From Vitrella brassicaformis CCMP3155 (Eukaryota; Protista; Chromerida), in contig CDMY01000468.1 of NCBI GenBank assembly GCA_001179505.1, positions 6,649 through 70,648 on the forward strand: a DNA stretch of 64,000 nt. The letters run 5' to 3'. The notes beneath the pieces were generated by a model. It had not been told where the DNA came from, did not search any database, and saw only the letters and a list, made by a program, of their open reading frames with translations. Shown piece after piece: positions 1 through 11,934 of the stretch (positions within the stretch are counted from its first letter, which is position 1; each line of letters begins with the position of its first letter). The position numbers and the translations under genes are program-made.

Positions 1-134
1 GACTTGCGAACAACTCTCATTAGCTAAATCGAATCAAGTTGAAAAATCCCTCTCTCTCATTGATCGACCAATTGCTTCATTTGCAAACCACACACACCCC
101 CTATAGCCGGCTCGACTCAGCAGTCATCGACGAG

Positions 135-2163
135 TCACCCTAGCCCACTCAGTCTTCTAAACAGCACCACGCCGAGAGAGGTCGCCGTGGCGTAGCCCAC
201 GGTGCCGTACACAATGGCCGGCAGCACCAGGTCGTCGCGCCCCATCGACCCCCCGGCCATCCCTGCCGCCGTCGAGGGGCCGCCCACATTGGCATTAGAC
301 GCCACAATGAGGTCGTCCAGAGGCAGCCGGAACTGCAGCCGCTTCAGCATCGAGTTGATCAGCGCCGAGATGCCGAACAGACCCATCGTGTGCACCAGCA
401 GGATCAGCCCGGTCACCAGCGGCGCTGCCGCGCACTCGACGCCCATCAAGTCGGCGAAGCGCGCCGTCGCCCCGATGCCGCCGTAGAAGATCTGCAGCCC
501 GACAGCCGCCAGTAGCGATGAGCTCTCCCCGGCCGCCGTGTAGAGCTGGTCGAGGAGGGGCGGCCCGCTGAGCGTCAGTCGCTTGAGGATGGTGGCCAGG
601 CCGATGGCCACAGTAGCCATGACGAAAGTCGAGAGGCCGTCGATGGGCACGTAGCGGCGCGCCCACCTCTCGATTGCCGGGCTCACCGTCAGCACAGTTG
701 ACGCCAGACCCAAAGACACCATGAGGCCGAGCGCGCGGAAGGCCATCTTGCCCGCACGCTGCCGCCAGCCTGTGTGTTGCTGCTTGTCCTTCACAGAAGG
801 GATTGTGTGCTGGGTGGGTGCTGCTGTGGCAATGCCGTATGTGGGGACGTTGCTGCCGGCGAGTGGAGCGTTGCGGCTGACTGCCGACACAGGCTGGCCG
901 TTCTCGTGATGATGCGCCTTTGCGGTTTGGGCGCCGACGAGCACTTGCGTCTTCTCGATGGAGGCAGGGGCCTCCTCGGGATGGTAGCCGTTGAGCAAAT
1001 AGGGGGAATCGTTGGCCTTGATGGCTGATGCATCCTCTGAGTGAACAAACACAGAGGATGTATGGTGTTCCTCTCTCTCTCTCTCTCTCTGTCTGTCTGT
1101 CTGTGTGTGTGTGTCATCCACCTCTCTCTGGGAAGAGCTTGCGCAGCTTGATCCATCCATGGGCATACTTCAACGCTGAACGACACAAAGAGCCCAAGGC
1201 GAACACGCCACGTGTTTCCGGGCGCATTCCTCCCTTTAACCTCTTCTGCCTGCTCACCGGCGAGGTAGAATCCCATGAAGAAGATGTCTGCGGCACAGAG
1301 GCCTCCCAGCAGCGCGCTGCTGCTCCCTTCCCCACTGCCCAGACCCACAGCGTTCGCCACGGCGAAGAAATTGACAGTCCCGCCTACACACACCAAGCCG
1401 GACACACAAGACAGATTCGAACAGATCAACGAAAGACTCGTTCCCTTCCCGTGTTTGCCCGCCTACCGATGTAAGTGGCGGCGAGGCATCCCACGGCCTG
1501 GGCCGCACTGTGGACGGGCATCTTGAGGAAGGCTATCGGCATGCGAGTCGTCACAAGGAAGGCCAGCAGTCCGCCGACAACGGTCGTGACAGCACCGAGG
1601 GCGTAGGCGCTCCCCACCGTGCGCATCTTCTCCCAGCTGGCAGGGCAGGTGCTCGGTCCAGAGAGCCGCGACGGCGCCCCGAGCAGCACCAGTGCAATCG
1701 TGATGGGCAGCAGCTGCCCCCAGCACCAGTCATAGGCAGGATGCGTCGAAGGCATGAAGCCCAGGTTGCTGAGCAGGAAGGGGACACCAAAGCTGACGAG
1801 CGAGCCCCACGAGTACTTGCTGTCGAGAAAGTAGCCGCCGATGCCGTTGGCGAGCAGCACACCCCAGATGGCCACAGGCGACGTCAGAGCTGCCATTCTT
1901 GACTGGGCGACGGCTCGATTCTTTCTTCCCGCGATGAAGCTGGGTCGTTCTGGCGTCCGAGCAGTGGACGAGGATGAGTGCTGAGGCTGCGAGGGAGCCG
2001 ATAAGGTTTGTGTCTGGTGTGTCGGCGAGACCGGTCTCAGGGCAGCGAATGCAGCCGCAGACCTGCGAAGCGACGGGACGGTCTTCTGCGAGAGTCCTCC
2101 GGTCGTCAGCAAGAGCACCACTGCCACCAGCACACCGCCCTGGAAGCCTCTCAGACAGAGCAT
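135..2163 (-). CDS. DUF819-family multi-pass membrane protein with probable bipartite (signal + transit) plastid-targeting leader; multi-exon
   Basis: Exons give GGTVNFFAVA, AADIFFMGFY, ASNANVGGPSTAAGMA and LVLPAIVYGTVGYATATSLG, the conserved DUF819 motifs. The N-terminus MLCLRGFQGGVLVAVVLLL..AAAFAALRP looks like a signal peptide plus a Ser/Arg-rich transit peptide. GT-AG intron at ~1384-1466. Confidence 0.85.
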
Positions 2164-2363
2164 GCTCCTTCGCAGCGCATTGATCTATCAAGATCTTGAT
2201 AGCACAGACACAAATCGATGGACTGTGCCTCACAGTGAGGCACTCGAAGCCTTTAAAGCGTTGCTGCCCCCTTTCGGTGAATGCGAGCTTGAAGCATCTG
2301 CGAGCTAAAGCGGGAAGAAGCGGAGGCTCCTTACGTTGCTCATCTATCCCTCTGGTCATCACC

Positions 2364-2870
2364 ATGTTGGGCAAGAGGTGGGATTTCCAGTTTGAGAACC
2401 GCACCTCGCTGCCCGACCCTATCGGCTACCGCATGACGCTCGGCGAGGCTGAGGGATCCACACTATCGTCCAGGAAGACTCGGGAGCGCAGCTCACGGCA
2501 CGCCAGCATCGTCGAGAGCAAAGCGTGGGAGGCCGCCTTGGCGCCGGGCAAGTCCATCGGGATGACCATCTTTATGCTGTGGATGGGCGGCTCCTCGCCT
2601 GGGATCTTCTCGATTCTCATCATGGGCTACGGCGCCATCAACACGGTCAAGTCGCTGTTCGGTCTGAACGCCGCCTTTGCGTCGTTCGAGACGGCCAAGG
2701 TGAACGTGATGCTGCAGAAGCTGGTGTACGTGCTGATCAACCTGGCTGCTCTGGGCTACATCTCCTACCACTGCGCCCACATGGGCCTGCTGCCGATCAG
2801 CAGTGGCGACTACATCGCCATGATACCCGAGAAGAAGGTCCTCGAGTTCTCTACCGGCATCGTCACATAG
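2364..2870 (+). CDS. EMC4: ER membrane protein complex subunit 4 (DUF1077), intronless
   Basis: LPDPIGY, KAWEAALAPGKSIGMTIFMLWMGGSSPGIFSI, QKLVYVLINL and MGLLPISSGD match the EMC4/TMEM85 pattern. ATG at 2364 is preferred over the upstream alternative start. Confidence 0.85.
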   Translation: MLGKRWDFQFENRTSLPDPIGYRMTLGEAEGSTLSSRKTRERSSRHASIVESKAWEAALAPGKSIGMTIFMLWMGGSSPGIFSILIMGYGAINTVKSLFGLNAAFASFETAKVNVMLQKLVYVLINLAALGYISYHCAHMGLLPISSGDYIAMIPEKKVLEFSTGIVT

Positions 2871-3699
2871 CAAGGATGCGGCGACCAGAGGTGGCTTGAG
2901 CTTAGCTTGCTTTGTGGTGCTGCTCTCTCTCTCTCTGCCAGCCGGCGATGCATGCATTGTACAGAAGATAGGCTGGGCGGTCTGTCTGTGTGTGTGGGCT
3001 GTGTCGATCATCGGTCGCATCTCTGCGGTCAACCTACTACTCTCGATGGTTGGATACATGCCGCTGTGATCTGGCAGCTCAGCGAGGGACACATGCCGCA
3101 CTGACGGACACACTTGCGACAAGTGTAATGGAGATCTAGATGGGGAAAAAAGGAAGGGCAGTCCGTCAGTCAGTGGGGCAGACAGCGGAAGGTATCTTGT
3201 GTGGTGTTGTGTTTTGTTGTGGTAATGTGTTCGTCGGTCTTATTGTCCTTCTCCGCTAGCTGAGCTGAGTCACTCGGCTGCGGAGCAGGACAATGAGGCG
3301 GACGAGCACATGACCACACATGTGCACAAGAGAGCACGCGTCTGCGAATCGGTTCTTCCATGACGGTCAACCGTTGCAAGTACAAGTATGTTGATGTGTA
3401 GTGTGCGCGCCTTGTCTGAACGCATCAACAAGCGAGGCATGCATGGCCGTCGATCAATCGATATCATGTACCCGTACCGCCATACAACAAGAAGCCGCCA
3501 TTCTGGTCGCATACGCATTCCGCCCACTCCCATGCCCCGTCACGCCTCAAACACCATGCACAAGAGCCAAGACGCTGCTAAATGGATACACAGACAGGCA
3601 GACAGGCAGACAGACAGACACGCCAGCCGTCTCTCCATCATCCGATGAGTGCCAACGACCCAGCCCACCACCACCACCACCACTCAGCAAAAGTCGGCC

Positions 3700-6090
3700 A
3701 TGGCATGGCAAGCGCCAATACATGTGGCAGCAGCAAGGAAATCCAGTGTCTCTGGTCACGTTTTGGGGCCCATATTGGCCGCGATGGCGCGTTCCATATC
3801 ATCCTGTCTCTTCTTGATTCTCTCGGCATCGCTCTCGACAGCCCGTAGCAGAATACGGACAGCGTCGAGCTTCTGCGTCATCTCAGTCTTGAAGCTGGAC
3901 ACCTCAGTTGCTGCTGCGGTAGGGGCTGGCGGAGACGCAGAGTGGGCACGCTGACCTGATGACAGAGAGAAATGCCGGTGCTTGCATGGCTATATCTGTG
4001 TGTGCGTGCCACTGGATGCCTGCCTGTATTGGAGGCGTTGATGCTTGCGATTTGGGAGTCGATGCGGTTGAGCCTGGCGTTGATCTCGGGGTTGATCGAC
4101 TTCAGACCCTCCACATCAGAGTGCAGGTCTGCACACAAATCGTGTCTTTAGCTTAGCACGTTCCCTGCTGTCTCTACCGGCTCAGCTCACTGACCTTCGA
4201 CCATCTTCCTGACAGCAGTCCATTCAGCATTGCTGCTTCTGGACGACAGGAGGAGAGTCCTGTCTCGCGCCGTCTCCAAGTTCGTGGGCGCCGCCATTCT
4301 TGACTCGAGCTGTCGGCGGTTGTTGAGGGTCCTCAGCTGCGCCCGCATTGACTTGACCTCCGCCCGCAATGACGTCAGCAAAGTGGATATGTCTGGACAG
4401 ACAGATGCAGGCGGGACATCTTGTTTTCTCTCCGTCTCCCTTCCTGTCTGCGTACCGTGCATCTGCTGCTGCGTGGCCGAACTCTCCCCCCTTATCTGCC
4501 ATATCTGCGCCTGGATGACAGGAATGGCCTTGACGAGCGTCCCCTTCCCCCTCCCGCCCACGCCCCCATCATCCCTCTCGTCCTCGATGGTGGTAGTCCT
4601 GCTGCTGCCAGCATGATTTCCGCGCCTCTCAGCATCCGACAAATCGACCGTTGTCGGCCGCGAGAGGGCCCATTCCCTCGGCGACGTTTCTGCGGCCCTC
4701 TTGATCAATGAGGAGAGGGGCGGGAGGCAGCGGGGCGAGGTGTGGGTGGGATGGTGGGGGGTCATGAGGAGGCTGGCGAGCTCGACCGAGAAATCGTTGA
4801 CGCGCTTGATGGCCTTCATCGCCGCCGCCTTGGCCGAGTGCACTTCTGGCGGATCGAGAGACACGGGCGTGTGTGGTCTGTCTGCCATCTGCATTATAAG
4901 TGGATAGTTCTTACCGTCTGTCAGCTGCTGCTGTCTTGTCAGTAGGTCCTTGTTGCTCTCTAGAAGGCCGTCCACCACACCTCTTAGTTCGGATAAGCTG
5001 CACGCCTTATCCGGTGCACCGTCCACCGCCGGCAGCGTTCCGTACGTTTCTGAAAAAAAAGCCCCATCGTCACCGAATGAACATTGCCCGAGCCTCCCTG
5101 CCAACCTGTGCAGGCAGATCTCCTCTGCATCTCTCTCTCCTGGTTCTGGACTCGTCTCTGCAGTGTATCGACGGTCTTTTCGAGTCTCGCGTAGGACTCC
5201 GCTCGTTGCTGATCGAGTGCATGACGGAGACAGGCGACATCAGCAGGGGGCTCCTTTGCACAAGCAGCGGATTGGGCGTTGTTCGAAGATGCGGCGACAC
5301 ACGGGCTCTCTGAGGAAACAGCGAAGTGACGACTTCTCACGCAGGAGAGTTGTCGTCTCTCGTGTGCGGCAATACCTTCTAATCGTCTGCTGAGATGGTC
5401 GGCCTTCTGTCGTGCTGCATCTGCAATGGATGAAGTCTCCTCCAGTCCGTCGCGCAGGTCTGTGTCGATCGATGGCAGGACACGAGACAGACAAACGCAC
5501 CCCTGCTCCGCAAGTCGACATGTCTGCTGCTGCCTTACCCTTGGCCATGTCGACGAGCTTGGTGTTCAGCTGTTGCACCTTCTCCTCAATAGCCGACAGA
5601 CGGCAGTCAGCTGCTTCCGGCGTGGTACTGGAGGGCGAGACAGGGGCGTGGGCGGCCTGGTATGACGTGAGGAGCTTCTCACACAGCTTGACCACCTCCC
5701 GTACTGATACCACACACACACAAGAAAAGGGAAGGGACACTCATGCATGTGGACGCTTTGCAATATTCATCGCTCACTCGCTTGTTGGTTCTGCACTATT
5801 TTCCTCTCCAGAACGCCAAACTGCCCCTGCCCAGACCCGTGTGAGCCACTCGATGTCGCATCGCCATTCGTCGCAACTGCTGCTGCTGCCCTGGCGCCTC
5901 TCTCACTCCTGTCGCTTCTGCCGCTCAAGCACGGCTCCCACTGATGGCTCTTGGGCGTAGCGAGACCGGCCATGAGGGCGGGAGGGGGCACACCTGGTGA
6001 GGCCTTGGGGGTGTTCTGCAGTGAAGCGTTCGAGTCATGCCAAGCCTGCGGACGCCGGCGCAGCTCCTTCAGACTCTCAACGGCATCCAT
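3700..6090 (-). CDS. Hypothetical multi-exon coiled-coil protein
   Basis: Exon-like segments RLSAIEEKVQQLNTKLVDMAK, RLEKTVDTLQRRVQNQERE, LRAEVKSMRAQLRTLNNRRQLE and LKSINPEINARLNRIDSQI are separated by microsatellite introns. Ends approximate. Confidence 0.5.
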
Positions 6091-6256
6091 ACCGCAGAAA
6101 AGGTGTTGATTCTAATTTCTGAGCTCGCGCTGCCGGTTGAGGCATCGCGAAAAACGGCCTTTCCGTTGCGAGGGCATCATTGGCATTGCCTTCCCGCCCC
6201 GCCCTCTTCACTCTCTCTCACTCATCCGCTCTGCCCTCTCGGCAGATCTGACGGCG

Positions 6257-7674
6257 ATGCAGCACCCTCAGCAGCAGACCGACCAGCAGCAGGCCGACCA
6301 GCAGCAGGAGCAGCAAAGCCAGAATCAGGAGCAGCATCCCTTCGTGTACATCTTTCTCGGCCGCCGCACCTTCTACCTTCTCAGCCTCAATGACATCCTG
6401 CGGCTGAGGAAGATCTGCAGATGGCTCAAAGAGCTCTTCGGAGCGCTTCAGCTGCGGCAGCGACTCAGCCATTCGCTCTGCACACAGGCGGGGCCGCGGC
6501 GGACTGCCAACGGACAGCAGCTCCTGACATTCGACGAGCAGCAGATGGGTGTGGGTGACCTGCTGGCGGCGCTGTGTGTGACGGAGGCGGGCGGCTGAAG
6601 TGAGATGAGCGAGGTCATTGAGCTGGCGGGGCAGTGCGGCCGCTGCCAGCTGCCTGTGAGGCTCACGGCGACCGATCTGCACCGATACCCAAACAAGACG
6701 GTAAGCCAACCGAGGGAGGGAGGGAGGGAGGGAGGCAGAGACAATGGCTCTCAATGGGTGTGTGTGTGGTGTGTGCAGGCGTATTTGGCCGATCCCCGTG
6801 TGTTGGCTCAGCTCAAGATGGTCGGCCGCCACATCGACTTCGGCAACGGGGTGACCTTCCAGCTGTTCCACCACGGCAACACACTGCGGGCCGTCAAGGA
6901 CCAGGACGGCTTCGAGATGGACATCAACCCGCCCCTCCCTGCCAACCACCCCTACCAGCAGCACCGACAGCAGCACAACCCGCCCGTCCGCAGCAGGATC
7001 ACATTTGTCCCGGCCTTGGGCTGGCACATGAGTTTGTCCAGGCCTCTGGCCTACTCATCTGTGTCGTCGTGTGTCAAGAACATCGTCATCAAACACTTCG
7101 AGGTGACTCACCAGATCAACTTCACTAGGCGTACTATCCACAGGTGAGGCGGGGCATCACTCTGTGTGTACTTTGCCACGACAGACGAGTGTGTATGTTA
7201 TGTGTGTGTGTGTCAGGCATGTCGACAACAACCGGCTGGACACCCTGCTGACACAGTCCCCCCACACACCAGTCGCCGGATGCACCACCACCACATCATA
7301 CCGCACCACTGCCGGCTTCACTTCTCGTAGTCTCGTCCTGACCGGCGCAAGCCACTCGTTCGTGGCATGGATCTACATCGTCGAAGCCTCCTTTTACAAC
7401 TTCGGTCAGCCCATTCACAACTTCGGTCAGCCCAGCACGGCACAGCGAGGGGGGGGGAGGGAGGGGGAAAAGCACACACACAAGACACACACAGCACTCA
7501 CTCTCGTCTGCTGTGCTTTCCTGTCATTCGTTTGCAGTGATTGTGTGGGTCCACACGACCGAGCCGGCTGTGTCTGGTGTGGGCGGTGCCTTCAAGGACC
7601 GCTTCCCTCAGACGACTCGGCTGGCGCGTGTGGTGCTGGGTACCATCATCTCAGCCATGGTCTTCGGCCAATAA
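6257..7674 (+). CDS. Lineage-expanded hypothetical protein (Q-rich N-terminus), multi-exon
   Basis: MQHPQQQTDQQQ..PFVYIFLGRRTFYLLSLNDILRLRKICRWL through FKDRFPQTTRLARVVLGTIISAMVFGQ*, with GT-AG introns. Resembles chromerid-specific expanded families (recollection). Confidence 0.65.
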
Positions 7675-8245
7675 ACAGCTGAGGTGTGCACCAAACACGA
7701 CTGACACGAGCAGAAGATGCGCACGCACGCACTTCTATATCCTCCGTGTGTCAGGTTGGGCGGTGGTGTCATGCCGGCCCACAACAGTGCAGACGTGTTG
7801 TGATCGGGGTGCATGGGGGTGGGTGGGCGATTGATTTTCGACTGCGTGACTGCATTGTAACTGTCTGTGCGCGACATATGTGCTGTTGCATGTGTTTCAC
7901 AGTCGTTGCCCCTTCAGACAGACAGACACAAAGACAGACAGACAGACCGCTCGTTGTCCACGGGATCGATACGTGTGGATGCATTCATTCACATCTCTTT
8001 CTGTCCCGGTGGAGCAGCCAACGCGTGTGTACATGGGTGCGGCTCCCTCTCTGTATTCATGTGGGCCTTCAGCATGTGTGCGTGTATACATGTGGACTTT
8101 GATATGCAGCGAAGCATTCATTCAATCGATTGCCGTGTCGGTCATCAGTGTGTTTGTCAGTCAGTCAGTCAGTCCATCAGTGCGTCGGCTCCCTCGTCTG
8201 TTGGTCAATCATCCCGAGTCTGTCTGTCTGTCTCATCGAGTCCAC

Positions 8246-11180
8246 TCACTCCACCTCATTCACCAGCCGCTCGGTCAATTCAGTGGCCTGCTGCCACCAC
8301 ACACACACACACACACACACACACGGTGGATGAATGAGTTGTAATGTCCATTTGGCTCTTTGTTTGTTTGGCTGACCTCCGTGTAGCATTTCGTCCTTCT
8401 TGGCCACACGCTGCACGAACTCCGTCAGGACGTCAACCTTGACTGAACCGACACACACACTGCCTGATGTGTCTTTGGATGAGTGGTTGCGATGCACTGC
8501 ATGCCTTGTTCCTCTGATGTGACGGCGGCCATGAGGTCTGTCAGCTCACTCGCCGTCACGGGCGGACGCAACTCACTCAAACCCTTCACCAATCCAACAC
8601 ACACACACACACACATCCATCCATCCATCCATCCATGTGTGTGTGTCACAGACCTTGGCGAGTTCGTCGATGGAGATTTCGCCCGAGCGGTCGGCGTCGA
8701 TCGAGTCGAAGAAGACGCGCAGCGCACCTTTCTCGCGCTCGGCTCTGGTCGACGGATCTTTACATTTGAAACACACAGAGAGAGAGACAGACAGACAGGC
8801 AGGCATCCACACGTGTGTGACGTCAGTGTGTGTGTCTTTGGTGTTGTGCCTTCATAGTCGAAGAAGGCCATGACGAAGACGGTCTGAAACTCCTGGTTAG
8901 TGACCGGACAACGGATGCACTCACGCAAGAGGTGGATGTGTGTCTGTTTGGCTCACTCTCAGCTCCAGTTTGCCCGATCGGTCGTCGTCGACCGTCTCGA
9001 ACAGCACACGAGCATAGTACCTGCACACACACACACACAGAGTTGGAGCTGGTTGTGTGTGTCTTGGTTGGTCACTGACTTGGCGTCTGGCGATGTCTTT
9101 GCGAGGCCGAACGACCGCACCGTCTCGTAGAAGCCCTCCAGGTCCATGCCGCCACTCTCTGCAGCACACACACACACACACACAAAGGGGCCATCCACTG
9201 ATCCGTCCACCTATTTCTGTGTGTCGGGTGGCTGACCGTCTCGAGTGTCGCTGAGTGCGGCGAAGGCACTCACCACGGCGTCCTGCACGTCACGCGGCAG
9301 ACGCTCGAAGTAGCTCACAGCACTGCACACACATTATCAACACACACAAGCACACATATTCCCTCTCCCTCTCTCGCTCTGGTGCACTGCAACTGACCGG
9401 GCCCGTTTGTTTCGGTCCTCTTTGGCGGCCGTGTTGGCTTTGTTTCGGATGAAGGCGAGTATCTGTGTCTGCCGGGCGAGCCGCTGCGCGTCGATGTCAG
9501 CCATGAGCGTGTCGATGGTGTCTGTGTCGGTGAGGAAGTCCAGCGAGGTGATCATCGTGAAGAGCCCCACTGCACTCGCCAGCACCATTGCACTCAGCCC
9601 CACCGGCAGAAATGTCAGCGGGTAGGCCCACAGCCCGTTGAACCACCACAGGCCACGGCTGCCGTGGGACGTGCTGATGACGGCCTTGAGCAGCAGAGCC
9701 GTGTAGGCTGACAGCAGGAAGAGCGTCAGCTGGACCAAGAAGGTCGTCGCCTTGACGGACGCCAGAGGCAAGACGGCCGCCGTCCGGTTGACCTTGCCGC
9801 ACAGCCAGTGGGAAATGACCGGACGCTCCTCGTCGAGCCGAGACACAAACACTGCATCCAACACACCACACAGAGAGAGAGATATGGCTGTGTGAGCATC
9901 ATCCCTCTGTCTCTCTGTGTGTGTGTGTGTGTCCTTGCCGGTCTGGTCGGGCTCGGCGACGTCCGAAGTGATCCAGTTCTTGAGACGCGTCTTGTCGGGG
10001 CGGTGGTAATACTAACCCAGACAGACAGACAGACAGATGGAGGAGACAACAGAGAGAGGGGTCATGTGTTGTCCTGTTTGTGTTGTGTTGTGTTGTCTTG
10101 TCTTGTGTTGAGTGTGCGCATTATTACGTCGAAGGTGCGGTAGAATGAGAGGTGGAGGGCCGAGGCGGCCGCCAGCAGCGCAAAGGCCAACACCACCATC
10201 AGTGTCACCGACGGAACACCAGACAACTCCTGCACACACACATCCGTCCATCCGTCCATGTGACGTCAAGTCATGCTGTGTGTGTCGACTTGTGTTGCTG
10301 ACGAGGAGGGGTCGGGCGGTGATGGCGATAGCGATGACTGTGATGAGCATCGATGTCGGCAGCTCGATGAACTCGACGACGGTGTGGCCCACACGAGCTG
10401 CACACACACACACACACACACATCCATCCATCCAGCCAGCCCTCCCCCGTCAGTGTCTGTGTGTGTCTCTGTTGTGCCTCGGAGGTATTGTGAGAATGTG
10501 ATTTCCTTCTCGTCCGGCGTCTTGACGAAGATGTTGGTGTGTCTGCCGTGGAACCGTTCGCGGAGGCCGAAGAAGGAGAGGGCGTTGTCGAGCTCGGCCT
10601 CCTGTGTGCCGAAGGTGACTGTCTTGCGGATAGTGAGAGGAAATTCTCGGAGCCGCTGGGCAGTGCCTGGATCTGCTGGGAGAGGTCGTTGCGGGTGAGG
10701 CCAGAGAGGAAGTCCCAGCGGCGGCACGTCAGGTGGCCGACGACCAACAGGATGGCCGTGTTGAGAATGAAGAGCGCCATCACGATGAAAATCAGAATGT
10801 GCACATCCTCAAACAGCTCCGTCAAGGGCGTGGGCGGCGGGGCCCCTGAAGAGGACAGACAACACACAGCAGGTGTGTATAGCCATGCGGTGGGTGGACT
10901 GACCCACCACACTGACCTGGGTGCACTTGGAGGGCGACCTTCTCCGTCTCGCTCATTCCCAGGTAACGGTCGTTGAACGCACGAACCACACCGGTCCGAA
11001 CTGACACAGACGCACACACACGCGATGAATGAGCGTGTCGCTGGGCACCCTCTGTGTGTGCCGGTGGCCTACCGGCGATGAAGAGTGCGGGAAGGGGTCA
11101 TGTAGCCCGAGATGTTGACGAACTCTGAAAAGTCATAGATGCACTCGACAGCAGCGAACTCCAGGCCGACAGGGCGATAC
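8246..11180 (-). CDS. MLO-like multi-pass membrane protein with C-terminal EF-hands, multi-exon
   Basis: Exons ELFEDVHILIFIVMALF..RRW, ALSFFGLRERF..EITFSQYLRARVGHTVVEFIELP and GLFTMITSLDF follow the MLO block order (HQLHIFIF; DYLTLRHGF..FDFHKYIKRSLEDDF; LYALVTQMG). EF-hand loops DDDRSGKLE and DADRSGEISIDE follow. Ends approximate. Confidence 0.7.
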
Positions 11181-11934
11181 AGAGGCCATCTTGCTGCCAG
11201 GAGAGGCACCGGGACGAGAAGGACAGCACCGCACAGAAGGCCACTGACTCATCCTCGGTGCTTATATTCCAACTTGCAGCGTCATGCCCAGGTCTGATCC
11301 TCTCTCAGCCCAACTCAGCCCACTTAGATGGGCTGGCGGCGGGATCTTGATCTGTCGAGGCCGCCAAATCCAACACATCAGTGACAGTTACTCGAAGGCA
11401 TAGCTGCTGCTGATAATGCTCGGAGAATGGCATCGATGTCGTCGACGGCCGGGGAGGCTGAACGGGGCTGCCAAGAGGGGCGAGAGGATGACATGCTGAG
11501 ATCTCATCGGCCAAGATGAACGATAACCTCTCAGCCGATAATGGCGCTTCTCACAGGCACCTCCCGTCGCCAAACACGTGAAAAAAGCCCCCTTCCCCGT
11601 TGTCGGTTCGATACTGTTTAAGCTCGCGATCAGAGAGAGAGATTGGAGAGACCTGTCTTCCGGAAAGGAGCGAGGCTGTGCAGCATCGAGGGGTGGCCGA
11701 GGCGCCGTCTTGTGGTTGCTGCGCCTCATATCGATGAGTTGACTGAGAAGAATCGTCGCTTTTGTCCTTCCTGAGGTAGCCAGACAGGGAACAGGCGAAT
11801 TCGCCATCGGTGCCGCCCTCATGTGCTGTGTGTGTTTGCGCAGGGAGGGACCGTGAGCATCGGTCAATTAGCTGCGGCCTCAGAGAAGGCATTGGAGTTC
11901 TCATCGCAGCCGCTGAGTCAGATCTACAGCAGCA

